Assembly (NCBI RefSeq): GCF_963921235.1
Contig: NC_086097.1
Location: forward strand, 176,268,001-176,332,000
From: Mobula hypostoma
Taxonomy: Eukaryota
Direction of reading: 5' to 3'
DNA: 64,000 nucleotides
Part shown: piece by piece, positions 1 through 11,785 of the stretch
How the letters are laid out: every line of letters starts with the position of its first letter
Position numbering within the stretch: position 1 is the first letter of the stretch
Notes under the pieces: generated by a model
What the model saw: the letters and a program-made list of their open reading frames with translations, nothing else
Told to the model about the DNA's origin: nothing
Database searches by the model: none
Program-made: the position numbers and the translations under genes

Positions 1-118
1 ATAGATTGGGAAAATAAAATTGATGATCAGCCATGGTCATACTGAATGGCGATGCAGGCTCAAAGGGCCGATTGGCATACTCCTGCACCTATTTTCTATG
101 TTTCTATGTTTCTATGTT
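1..118 (+). mobile_element. CR1 LINE 3' tail (HER1-like)
   Basis: gatcagccatg...aagggccga..tggc.tactcctgcacctatt followed by (TTCTATGT)n microsatellite tail. Confidence 0.8.
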
Positions 119-3100
119 TGATGCTGGTTACCAAGAGAGAGAATTTGTGGTGTGCCTTGAGATGGCTTTTTGGAGCAGCTTGTGATTGAGCCTAGTAGAA
201 GATCAGCATTTCTGGATTGGGGATTGTGTAATAAACCAGATATATTTAGGGAGCTTAAAGTAATGGATTGCTTAGGTAACAGTATGATAGTATTCACCCT
301 ACAATTTGAGATGGAGAAACTGAATGCAGTTCAGTGGAAACTGGCACTTCCATTGTATCCTGGATAAATAATGGACTACCTGATTAGCAGAATGCAGATT
401 TCGTGGCTTCAGAGCTGTGTGTCAGACACAACTATAAGCAGCACAGGGGCCCCACAGAGGACTGTATGGGCTCTCTTCCTGTTTACTCGTATATCTTGAC
501 TTTAGATAGAGCACTGAGTCATGTCACTTGCAGAAATTCTCTGATGACTCAGTAACAGTTGGCTAAAAAGGGAGGACAGGAGGATGAATACAGGGCACTG
601 CTGGAGGATTTTGTCAAATGCTGTAAGGTGAATCAGCTGCAGCTCAGTATCAGTAAGACAAAGGAGATGTACTTTAGAAAACTGAGCCTGCACTATTCCC
701 TGTTACTATTCATACTGAGGATGTGGATGCGGTGAGGCTGTACACGTACCTGGGAGTGCACCTGGATGACAAACTTGGGTGGAGCACCAACATAGAGGCC
801 GTGTACCAGAAGGGCCAGAGTCACCTCTACTGCCTGAGGAGACTGAGGTCCTTTGGAATATGCAGGTCTCTCCTTCACATGTTCTACCAGTCTGTTGTTG
901 CCAGCAAATCTCCTATGTGATCGGTGTTGGGGCAATGGCATCAACATGAGTGATGCCAACAGGCTCAATAAACTGATTAGAAAGCCTGGTTCTGTTATAG
1001 GAGTCAAACTGGACACACTGGAGGCTGTGGTAGAACAAAACATCCTCAGGAAAATCTGGCAATATTGGACAATGTTTCTCACCCACTGAATGCCACCTTG
1101 GCTGAACAGAGGAACACTTTTAGTAATAGACCAAGACAACAGTGCTGCTCCAAAGAGCGCTATATGAGGTCATTCTTACCCTTAGCCATTAGGCTCTATA
1201 ATGAGTCAACCTATAGCTGGGGAAGTGAAGAACCCCTCCTGTTAGACTGTTTTTAGCCTCTGTTTACCAGAGGTCCGTTTAAGCTCTGTTTACATCACAT
1301 TACTATCACAGACACCCTGTGCTATACTACCATCACTTCTTATCTGGATGGTGTGAATGCGCACCCATTACTGTATAATTCTTGAACTACCATTTTATCA
1401 GTGTGAACTTGGAAATCTTGTAATCATTGCCTTGTAAATCTTGTACATCTTATTTTTAAGGTAACTTTTTAAAAATTCTTTCTTACATCTCTTCTAATGT
1501 TTGTATATCTGTGCACTTGTAATGCTACTGTGACACTGTAATTTCCTTTGGAATCAATAAAGTATCTGTCTATCTAAAGTCAGCTGTATTTGTATTACAG
1601 TGGAGTAAAGGGAATTACAGAGGCAGGAGAGAGGAGTTGGCCAAAGATTACTGGAAGCGGGCACTCTCAGGGATGACGGCAGAGCAGCACGGCTGGGGTT
1701 GCTGGAAGAGAATCTGAAGGCACCAGATAGATGCATCTCAGATAAGAGGAAGTATTTAAGATGATGCACCTAAGACTGACAAGGGAAGTGAAAGCCAACA
1801 TAAATGTAAAAGAGGGGCATGTAATAGATTGAAAGTTAGTGGGAAATTAGAGGATTGGGAATTTTTTAAAAACAAACTGAAGGCAACTGAAAAAACATAA
1901 GCAAGGAAAAGATGAAATATGAAGGTAAGCAAGCAAATAACATCAAAGAGGATACCAAAAGGTTTTTCAGATATATAAAGTGTAGAAGAAAGGTGGGGGA
2001 TAATGAAATAGCGGATGACTGAGTAAGTATTTTACATCAGTCTTTACTGTAGAAGACACTAGTAGTATGCTGGAAGTTCGAGAGGGTCAAAGGGCAGAAG
2101 TGAGTGCAGTTGCTATTACTAAGGAGATGGTGCTTGGGGAACAGAGAAGTAAGAAGGTAGCTAAGTCATCTGGACGATGGCTTATACCCTAGAGGTCTAA
2201 AAGAGATGGCTAAAGAGATTGTGAAGGCATTAGTAATGAATTTCCAAGAATCAGTATGATTTTGGAGGACTGAAAAATTGCAAATGTTACTGCACTCTTT
2301 AAGAAGGGAGGGAAGCAGAAGAAAGGAAATTATAGGCCAGATAGCCAGACTTCAGTGAATGGGAAGATGTTTGAGTTGATTGTTAAGGATGTGGTTTCAG
2401 GGTAATTGGGAGCACATAACAAAATAAGCCAAATTCAGCCTGGTTTCCTTAAAGGAAAATCTTATGTGACAAATCTGATGGAATCCTTTGAAGAAATAAC
2501 AAGCAGGATAGACAAAGGTGGATGTTGTGTACATGGATATCAGAAGGCCTTTGAGAAGGTGCCTACATGAGGCTGCTAAGCCAGAAATGAGCCCAGGATA
2601 TTACAGGAAAGATACTAGCATGGATAGAGCATTGGCTAATTGGTAGGCAAAGAATGGGAATAAAGGGATCCCTTTTGGATTGGCTGCTGGCAACTAGTTA
2701 TGTTCCTAGTGGTGTTGGGATTTCTTTTTTCATGTTATATGTCGATGATTTGGATGATGAAATGGATGGCTTTATAGCCAAGCTTGTAGACATACTAAGA
2801 CGGGGACAGACAGGTAGCTTTGAGGAAGCAGAGATGCTGCAGAAGGACTTAGTCATTAGGAGAATGGGCAATGAGTTAGCAAAAGGAATATGGTGTCAGG
2901 AAGTGTATGGTCATTCATGTTGGTTGAAGGAATAAAAGCATAGACTATTTTTAAATGGGAAGAAAATTTAAAATTCCGATGTGCAAAGGGTTTTGGGAGT
3001 CCTGGTGCAGGATTCTCTAAAGGTTAATTTGCAGGTGATGATGAAGGTGAATGCAGTGGTCACATTCATTTCAAGAAGGTTAGATTATAAATGCAAGGAT

Positions 3101-3675
3101 GTAACGCTGAGGCTATATAAGGCACTGGTGAGAACTCATTTGGAGCATTGTGAGCAGTTTTGGGCCCCTTATTTAAGAAAGGATGTGCTGACATTGGTGA
3201 GGATTCAGAGGAGGTTCATAAGAATGATTCTGGGATGAAAGGTCTATCATATGAGCAGTGATTGAAAGCTCTGGGCCCATACTCGCTGGAATTTAGAAGA
3301 ATGAGGGGGAATCTCATTAAAACCTATCAAATGTTAAAAGACCTAGATAGAGAGGATGTTTCCTATAATGGGAGGGTCTAGGACCAGATGACACAACCTC
3401 AAAATGGGGGGAGGTTCATTTAGAACAGAGATGAGAAGGAATTTCTTTAGCCAGAGAGTAATGAATCTGTGGGATTCATTCCCATCGGTAATTGTGGAAG
3501 CTGGGTCTCTGGGTGCATTTAAGGTGGAGGTTGATAAGATTCTAAATTAGTCAGGTAGTGAAAGGTTACAAGGAGAAGGCATTAGAATGGGGTTAAGAGG
3601 GAAATGGATCCGCATGATGAAACAGCGGAGCAGACTCAATGGACTGAGAGCCTAATTCCACTTCTATATCTTAGG
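119..3675 (+). mobile_element. Degenerate CR1 LINE ORF2 (endonuclease C-term, RT, 3' tail), interrupted by a Rex1-like fragment at ~340-1577
   Basis: ORF170-367 (QLVIEPSRRSAFLDW) matches the CR1 EN C-terminus; continues at ~1577 (LQWSKGNYRG); RT remnants YVDDLDD and LYKALVRTHLEHCEQFWAPYLRKD; CR1-type tail ~3600-3675. Confidence 0.8.
340..1577 (+). mobile_element. Rex1/Babar-type LINE 3' fragment
   Basis: GAPQ.TV motif; YLGVHLDDKLGW, KGQSHLYCLRRLRSF, SFLPLAIRLYN; 3' end ggaatcaataaagtatctgtctatcta. Confidence 0.8.
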
Positions 3676-4075
3676 GTAAGTGGATGGCCTTCAAAGATGA
3701 AGGTCTGAATTTGTATGCTCTCATCAGAATAAAAGGCAAGGATAACAGGTGTAGGGTACCTTGGTTTTTGAGAGATATCAAGGTCCTTGTTAAGCAAAAG
3801 AAGGCGGTGCATAGCAGGTATAGAAAGGAATGAGTGAGGTACTAGAGTTGTATAAGAAGTGCAAGAGAATTTTAGGGAGGGCTAAAAGATAGCATCAGGT
3901 TGCACTGGAAGGCAAGGTGAAGGAGAATCTTAAGGGCTTCTACAGATTTATTAAATGCAAAAGGATATCAAGGGACAAAATTAGTTCTCCTGAAGATCAG
4001 TGTGCTCATCTATACATGGAACCGAAAGACTTGGGTGCGATCATAAATGGATTTTTTCCATCTGTATTTACTCTG
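3676..4075 (+). mobile_element. CR1 ORF2 fragment A (EN-RT linker); probable 5' part of a CR1 copy dispersed by nested insertions
   Basis: Collinear with the RIKGK..PWFSRD..KENPKGFY..FASVFT region of the 833-aa CR1 ORF at 36433-38934. Confidence 0.7.
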
Positions 4076-4209
4076 GTAAGATGGCGATGCACTTAGACAA
4101 AGCCACCTCTATGGGGCCAACCAAAGGTGTGATTGTCCTTTTAAAAAATCTTTTATGATTGTTGGTACTGTGTTTTGCACCTTGACTCTCAGGAACACTG
4201 TTTCATTTA
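4076..4209 (+). mobile_element. Non-autonomous SINE-like element fragment (host of the Gypsy insertion)
   Basis: Starts aagatggcg; tgttggtactgtgttttgcaccttg..ctgtttcattt matches the reverse complement of 44021-44075. Confidence 0.55.
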
Positions 4210-4668
4210 TGTCACAACCACGGACACTGTTGTGGGGCCTACGTGGCATCACAGACAAGCTGTGCAGCAGGTTTAGCAATTGTGCTTGTGAGAATGCACA
4301 TTCCAGCTAGTTAATTTGTCATTATGGTGCATTTCACTTCCTTCTTTTTATTGTAGTCTTGTCGAGACTTGACCAAAAGCACAGCAATGTTTACTCTTCC
4401 AACTTACTCTTATCCTTTTCCCGGAAAGGTGACCACTGTTTCAAATGATGCTGGAAAGGAGCAGTATTCATTTACTATTTAGTTATTGCTTCCAGCTGTA
4501 GTGTTGGAATTTATCTCAGTGTGAGAGGTTTAGTTAATGGCGTAGTTGGCCATTGTTTTTCTTTTCTTTTAAATTCTGCAACAGTTCTCATGAAAGTCAG
4601 ATAACTGTCGAACCGGTTCACTCTCTTTCTCTCTCTCTGCACTTGGACCACTTCTGAACATTCTGACA
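4210..4668 (+). repeat. 5' LTR of the sushi-like Gypsy element
   Basis: Begins TGTCACAACCAC, ends TTCTGACA; homologous to 27396-27792; followed by PBS and gag ATG at 4687. Confidence 0.85.
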
Positions 4669-4669
4669 G

Positions 4670-4684
4670 CAAGTCTCGACATGA
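4670..4684 (+). promoter_or_regulatory. Self-priming primer-binding site (complementary to LTR 4357-4371)
   Basis: caagtctcgacatga is 14/15 complementary to tcttgtcgagacttg in the 5' LTR; no TGG tRNA-type PBS. Confidence 0.75.
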
Positions 4685-4686
4685 AA

Positions 4687-7600
4687 ATGGGCCCATCAGA
4701 GAGAAAAAGAGCAAACCTTGGCCCTGACATTCATTGGCCAGGTAGAGGGAAATTTACAGGCAATCAATTTTGTTTTGGGTGAAGTGACTGAAGCAATGCG
4801 GCAGATAATCTCATTCCCACAAGCCTAGTCTCACCTGGAGGAACAGATGTCATCCCTTGCAGCAACAGTTCAGCAGCTCATCACAGGCAATCAGAATCAG
4901 GTGACAGCCACGTTCACTCTCACAACCGCAGTCCATGAACTTACGGCTGACAGCCAGCGTCAGCAGACAGTCATTAGCGTTCTCGGAAACTTAACTCAGC
5001 AGTCTTTGGCCTCATCGCTCTCAGTCCCAGCACCCTCCTTTTCTGCTGCCCCAACAATCCCTGCCATTAATGTCCTAACTCCTGTGACCGAAACAGAACA
5101 GACTCCAGTGTCTGTCCCAGAACCGAGAATTCCTCTACTTGGGCAGATAATCTGGCTACCATAATGGCTGCAGGAGTTTCATTACTTGGTATGAGCTGAC
5201 TTCCCGAGCTCAGCCTGGTCGGTTTTGTAACGAAGCGTGTAAATTGGCATACGTGGTAGATCTCCTGGATGGACCTCCACTTAGCTTGTTCATTGCTCTA
5301 CAGGAGCAAGTTTCCCTCACAGCCCACTTGTTTTGACATTTTGTTGCTGAGTTAAGGAGAGTTGTTGACCTTCCAGATCGAGATCAGGAGGCTGCCCACT
5401 GACTCCAGGACCTGCGGCAAGGTAGAGGGACAGTGAGAGTACGCAGTTAGATTCCGCATGCTTGTGCGGATAGAGGATGGAGCGAGGCATCCTCATCAGT
5501 GTCTTTCAGCATGCTCAGAACATAGAGGTCTGTCAGGGGTTGCTGTCTGCGATGAGCAGGACAGTCTGGATGACCTGATTAATCTGGCTATTCACGTGGA
5601 CGACTGCGTAACTGAGTGGCTCAAAGAAATAATGTCTCAAACTTCCAACTCTTTGGATTTCCACCTGCCTCCACTCTCTCCTGCATTACCCAGCACCCAG
5701 TCCATGGAGGAGCCAGAGCAAATGGGGCGCAAGCGCCTATCTCAGGAGAACGAGGTCGGTGCAGGAGAACGGGTTCCTGCCTCTGTTGTGGTGATTCAAG
5801 ACATTTCCAGGCATCTTGACCCAAGCGCCCAGTAAAAGAAGATACCTGTCAGCAGGGAGGGGAGTCCTGATGGGCTAGTTCTAGCGTTTGGCTTCTCCCA
5901 ACTGTGTGTTACTGTCAGCTTCCTTGCCTTGGGGGGGGGGCGGTCTCAGGCCATGAACTTCAGGCCTTTATTGGCTCTGGGGCAGCTGGGAGTCTCATGG
6001 ACTTCCCTCTGGCTCAAAGATGGGGAAATCCAACTCAGAAATTGAGGGAAAAGCTCAACATCATGATCCTGGATGGCTGCCGTCTAGGCACTGGTCAGAC
6101 CCACCTTTCCACCGAACCCCTCCAACTTGTGCTGGAAGGCAACCATAGGGAACAACACTGTTTGGTAAACTCCCCTGAAGTGCCATTGGTGCTTGGTCTT
6201 TATTGGCTATCCCAACATCACCCACTGATTGATTGGTCCTTCAAAGCACCTCAAGAGTGGGCTCTGCCATGCCTGTCTACCTGCCTGGGTCCAGCTCAAA
6301 TTCCAGTCCATGAATTCCCTCCTGTGTCAACTAATGATGTAGACCTGTCTGGCATTCAGCTGAAGTTGCTGATCTTCTTGAGGGCTTCAGTAAAAAGAAG
6401 GCCACCTCCCTGCTTCCACACTGGCCATATGACTGCACCGCTGACCTTTTACCTTGTACTAGGCCTCCCTGAGGCCAGCTCTTTTCTCTCTCTCATCCAG
6501 AAACAATGGCCATGGAAGATTCATCAAGGAGGCATTGGCCTTGGAGTTTAGTCATCTGTCAACTTTGCTAGCAGGGACGGGTTTCTTTTTGTGAGAAAGA
6601 AGGACAGCAAGCTCTGTCGCTGCATTGACTATTGGCCCCTCAGCAATATCGCCACGAAGAACCACTGCCCTCTTTCCCTGCTTGATTCTGTGTTCAAACA
6701 TCTCCAGGTGACAAACATATTTTCCAAGATAGATCTGCGCAACACTTGTAATCTGGCTCATATCAGAGAAGTGGATGAGGGGAAAACAGCTTTCAACCTC
6801 TCCAGTGGTACCTGTGATGCCCTTTGGTGTGGCCAACTGTTTTTTAGGCCCTAGCGAACAATGTTCTCAGGGACATGTTGTATCAGTTCATTTTTGTGTA
6901 TTTATACGACATTCTTACCTTTTCACACTTTCTCTGGGAACACAGCCAGCATGTCCAGAGGCTTCTCAGATGACTCCTCAAGAATAATCTGTATGCCAAG
7001 CTAGAGAAGTGTGAGTTCCATAAAGAGCAGGTGTCGTTTTGGGTTATATACTTATCCATTTCTGTATTCAAGTGAAGTTCAGGCAGTCATGGAGGGGCCC
7101 AAACCATCTACAGTCAAGCAAGTGCAGTTCTTCATGGGGTTTGTGAACTTTTATCACCACGTAATCTGAAACCTCAGCTCTATCGTGGCCCCCATAAATG
7201 GACTCAGCAGGAGGGTCTCTGTAAAATTCTATTGAACAAACAAAGCAGACCGAGCATTCTCAGAACTAAAGTGGCACGTCACCACTGCCCCAGTGCTGCA
7301 ACACCAGGCCCATCCCAACCATTCACTGTCGAGCTGGATGTATTAGATGTCAGCATTGGAGCTGTACTCTCTCAGCACTCTTCTGGAGATAGTCGTCTGC
7401 ACCCTTGTAACTTTATTTCCCATTACTTGATTCCAGCCTAGTGTAACTACAATGTTGGGAACCGAGAACTTGTGGCTGCTCAGCAGGCCTTGGAAAAATG
7501 GCGGTACCAGCTGGAAGGGGCAGAGCAACATTTTTTGGTTTGGATAGATCACAAGAACCAATCCTACATTCAGAATGCTAAGATACTCAAGTCCCATCAA

Positions 7601-8409
7601 GCTCTCTTCTTCGCCTAGTTTAATTTCATCCTCACCTGTTGTCCTGGCACCAAGAATACCAAGGTTGACACTCTCTCCCGGCAGTTTGACGAGTCTGAGG
7701 ACAATGTCAATCTCGAGCCCATCCTTTCTCACTCATGCATTGCTGCTCCGGTGATTTGGGGAATAGAGGCAGAGATGAGGGCTGCCCAGCAGTTGGATTT
7801 TGGTCCAGCAGAAAGACCTCTCTATCGGTTGTTTGTCCCTGGCACGGTTTGCTCCAAAGTGTTGGAATTGGGTCACTCCTAGCCATCTGGGAATTCAATG
7901 GATCTGGGAGTTTATCAAGGGACAATTTTGTTGGCCACCTACGTTGGCTGGTGGCGCAGTGAGATCAGCGCCGGGCTCGAGAACGGAGGTTTCTGAGTTC
8001 GATCCAGTGACAGACTGCCCCCGTGCGTGCTTTGCATCCGCGCCAGGTTGATGTCGAGCTCACAACTCGGCCATGTAAAATAATACTGTCAAGTGTCTGT
8101 GCGAGGAGTGGTATCCCACACAGCTTTTTGAACTGTGCCTTGTAAGGATTGAAAATGCCCAACGCTGGCCTCTCAGGTCTGAGTCAACGTCATCATCATT
8201 ATGTCAAATGAAGTCCACAACTTCATCTCTGCCTACCCTACCTATGCTCAGAACAAGATGCTATGCCATTGCCCAGTGGGTCTGCTATGCCCACCAGCTG
8301 AGCCCCTGGTGTAACCTCTCAGTGGATTTCATCACTGGGCTGCCCCCACCTAATGGAAACACTACCACTCTGGTCATTATGGATCACTTCTCCAAGGCTG
8401 CCCACTTCA
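4687..8409 (+). pseudogene. Gypsy gag-pol (gag, protease, RT, RNase H, integrase N-term), many stops and frameshifts
   Basis: ORF fragments 4847-5164, 5458-5835, 5904-6551, 6591-6854, 7232-7441, 8208-8438 carry sushi-like motifs. Confidence 0.85.
7946..8200 (+). mobile_element. tRNA-derived SINE inserted in the Gypsy integrase N-term
   Basis: Pol III A box tggcgcagtgag (7952-7963), B box gagttcgatcc (7995-8005), (CAT)n tail ~8190-8200; CpG-rich; interrupts the WP..L..DVK integrase segment. Confidence 0.75.
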
Positions 8410-11361
8410 TAGTCATAGTCATAGTCATACTTTATTGATCCCGGGGGAAATTGGTTTTCGTTACAGTTGCACCATAAATAATAAATAGTAATAGAACCAT
8501 AATAGTTAAATAGTAATATGTAAATTATGCCAGTAAATTATGAAATAAGTCCAGGACCAGCCTATTGGCTCAGGGTGTCTGACCCTCCAAGGGAGGAGTT
8601 GTAAAGTTTGATGGCCACAGGCAGGAATGACTTCCTATGACGCTCTGTGCTGCATCTCGGTGGAATGAGTCTCTGGCTGAATGTACCCCTGTGCCCAACG
8701 AGTACATTATGTAGAGGATGGGAGACATTGTCCAAGATGGCATGCAACTTGGACAGCATCCTCTTTTCAGACACCACCGTGAGAGAGTCCAGTTCCATCC
8801 CCACAACATCACTGGCCTTACGGATGAGTTTGTTGATTCTGTTGGTGTCTGCTACCCTCAGCCTGCTGCCCCAGCATACAACAGCAAACATGATAGCACT
8901 GGCCACCACAGACTCGTAGAACATCCTCAGCATCGTCCAGCAGATGTTAAAGGATCTCAATCTCCTCAGGAAATAGAGACGGCTCTGACCCTTCTTGTAG
9001 ACAGCCGCAGTGTTCTTTGACCGGTCCAGTTTATTGTCAATTCGTATCCCCAGGTATTTGTAATCCTCCACCATGTCCACACTGACCCCCTGGATAGAAA
9101 CAGGGGTCACCGGTACCTTAGCTCTCCTCAGGTCTACCACCAGCTCCTTAGTCTTTTTCACATTAAGCTGCAGATAATTCTGCTCACACCATGTGACAAA
9201 GTTTCCTACCGTAGCCCTGTACTCAGCCTCATCTCCCTTGCTGATGCATCCAACTATGCAGAGCCATCCAAAAACTTCTGAAGATGACAAGACTCTGTGC
9301 AGTAGTTGAAGTCCGAGGTGTAAATGGTGAAGAGAAAGGGAGACAAGACAGTCCCCTGTGGCGCCCCAGTGCTGCTGATCAATCTGTTGGACGCACAGTG
9401 TTGCAAGCACACGTACTGTGGTCTGCCAGTCAGGTAATCAAGAATCCATGACACCAGGGAAGCATCCACCTGCATCGCTGTCAGCTTCTCCCCCAGCAGA
9501 GCAGGGCGGATGGTGTTGAACGCACTGGAGAAGTCAAAAAACATGACCCTCACAGTGCTTGCTGGCTTGTCCAGGTGGGCATAGACATGGTTCAGCAGGT
9601 AGACGATGGCATCCTCAACTCCTACTCGGGGCTGGTAGGCGAACTGGAGGGGATCTAAGTGTGGCCTGATCATAGGCCGGAGCAGCTCCAGAACAAGTCT
9701 CTCCAGGGTCTTCATGATGTGGGAGGTCAATGCCACCGGTCTGTAGTCATTGTGGCCGCTGGGGTGTGGCATCTTCGGCACAGGGACGAGGCAGGATGTC
9801 TTCCACAGTACAGGAACCCTCCGGAGCCTCAGGCTCAGGCTGAATACATGGCGAAGTACTCCACATAGCTGAGGGGCACAGGCTTTGAGCACCCTGGTAC
9901 TGACACCATCCAGTCCTGCAGCCTTGCTTGGGTTGAGACGTTTCAGCTGTCTTCTCACCTGTTCAGCTGTGAAGCCCACCATGGTGGTTTTGTGTGGGGG
10001 AGGGGTATAGTCATGAGAGCAGGGTGGGGGACTGTGAGGAGGGGTAGGAGGGGAGAGTGGAATATGTGTTAGTTGGGGGCCGACAACAGATGGCTTATGT
10101 GGGGGATGGGCAGGGGCCACAATGCCAAATCTGTTAAAGAGCAGGTTAAGTTCATTGACCCTGTCCACACTGACTTCAGCTCCTCTGTTGCAAGTTTGCA
10201 GGAACCCAGTGATGGACCTCATCCCCCTCCAGACCTCTCTCATGTCGTTCTGCTGGAGTTTCCACTCAAGCTTCCTCCTGTACCTGTCTTCAGCCTCCCT
10301 GATCCTGGCTTTCAGGACCCTCTGTATTGCCCTCAGCTCCTCCCTATTTCCATCTCTAAATGCCCTCTTTTTAGCATTCAGGATGTCCTTAATGTCCTTT
10401 GTCACCCATGGCTTGTTATTTGAATAACAAAGGACAGTTCTTGTCGGAACATTGCAGTCCACACAGAAGTTAATGTAATCAGTGATGCACTCTGTGAGCC
10501 CATCAATATCCTCTCCATGTGGCTCACAGAGTGCCTGCCAGTCTGTCACCTCAAAACAACCCTGGAGCACCTCATAAGCCTCCTCCAACCATTTCCTCAC
10601 TGTCCTCGAGGTTGCAGGTTTACTCTTCACCAGAGGCACGTAGCAGCGTTTTAGATGCACCAGGTTGTGAACTGACCTTCCCAGTGGGGGGAGGGGAGAA
10701 GAGCTGTATGCATCCTTAACGTTAGCATACATCAAATCCAGAGTCCTCTCCCCTCTGGTTGTACAGCTCACATACTGCGTGAAGTTGGGCAGCGTTCTAG
10801 CCATGGTAACCTGGTTGAAGTCACCCGAGATGGTAATGAGGGCACTCGGGTGCTGGGTTTGTAATCTGGCTATGACGGTGTAAATGCTGTTACACGCCAA
10901 CGTCAGGTGGCAGAGGGAGGGATGTCCACAACAACCACAATTGCATGTGAGATTTCCCTTGGCAAATACTATGGCTGGAGCCCAACAGCAAAAAGTTCAA
11001 TATCCAGGCTACAGACACGTTCCTTGATCGTAATATGCCCAGGATTGCACCATCTGTTGTTTACCAGAACCACAAGCCCCCCTCCTTTATGCTTACCGCT
11101 CTCAGTGCAATTCCGGTCAGCTCGAACGAGCTGGAAGCCTTCTATGGAAACTTTTTGATCGGGTATGTCCTCGTGCAGCCACGTCTCAGTAAAGCACATG
11201 ACATTGCTCTCCCGAAATGTTCTCTGACTCCTGATAAGCGCAGTCAATTCATCCATTTTATTCCCCAGCGAGCTCACATTTCCCATGATGAGAGAGGGGA
11301 GGCATGGCTTATAACTTCTTTTCTCCATAAGCCTCTGTTGTCTCGACCCGGTCACCCGGGT
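8410..11361 (-). mobile_element. Rex1/Babar LINE, near-complete ORF (APE endonuclease + RT) with frameshifts
   Basis: ORFs 10969-11490 (IMGNV..MCFTETWL), 9254-10900 (YRPVALTS, FFDFSSAFNTI, GAPQGTVLSP), 8562-9410; (GACTAT)n tail; TSD CACTTCA 8403-8409/11362-11368. Confidence 0.9.
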
Positions 11362-11633
11362 CACTTCAATGCTCTCCCTAAGCTCCCGTTGGCTCGTGAA
11401 GCTGCCACCTTCATAGTTCAACATGTTGTCAGGCTGCACGGCTTCCCGCAGAACATAGTGTCTGAATGGGGACCACAAGTCACATCCCATTTTTGGAAGG
11501 CTTTCTGGTCTCTTGTGGGAACCATGGCCAGCCTCTCATCTGGTTTCCATCCCCAATCTAATGGCCATACTGAGAGAGTGAATCAGGAGTTGGAGATAGC
11601 CCTGCACTGCTTTTCTTCTTCCAAACCCACGTC
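11362..11633 (+). pseudogene. Gypsy integrase core (continuation)
   Basis: HF.ALPKLP..HVVRLHGFPQNIVS..FWKAF..LSSGFHPQSNGHTERVNQELE. Confidence 0.85.
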
Positions 11634-11785
11634 TTGCAGCTTTTCAATTGGTTTTGGCAGAGATTGCCCACCTCCAGTCAAGATGCTGCCTGTGTAAAGT
11701 GCACCTTCGGTCAACATCTTCTGCTGCCGGAGAGGAAGACCTACTGCTATGCCTGGAAAACGTTACCCAGCTTTTCTGCATTTTG

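Noticed and set aside
7946..8020. Functional tRNA gene
   Set aside because: A and B boxes present but no convincing cloverleaf; continues into a SINE body and tail within a TE
10969..11697. Apparent fusion ORFs (10969-11490 minus, 11035-11697 plus)
   Set aside because: Read-through across the Rex1/Gypsy junction at the CACTTCA TSD, not genes
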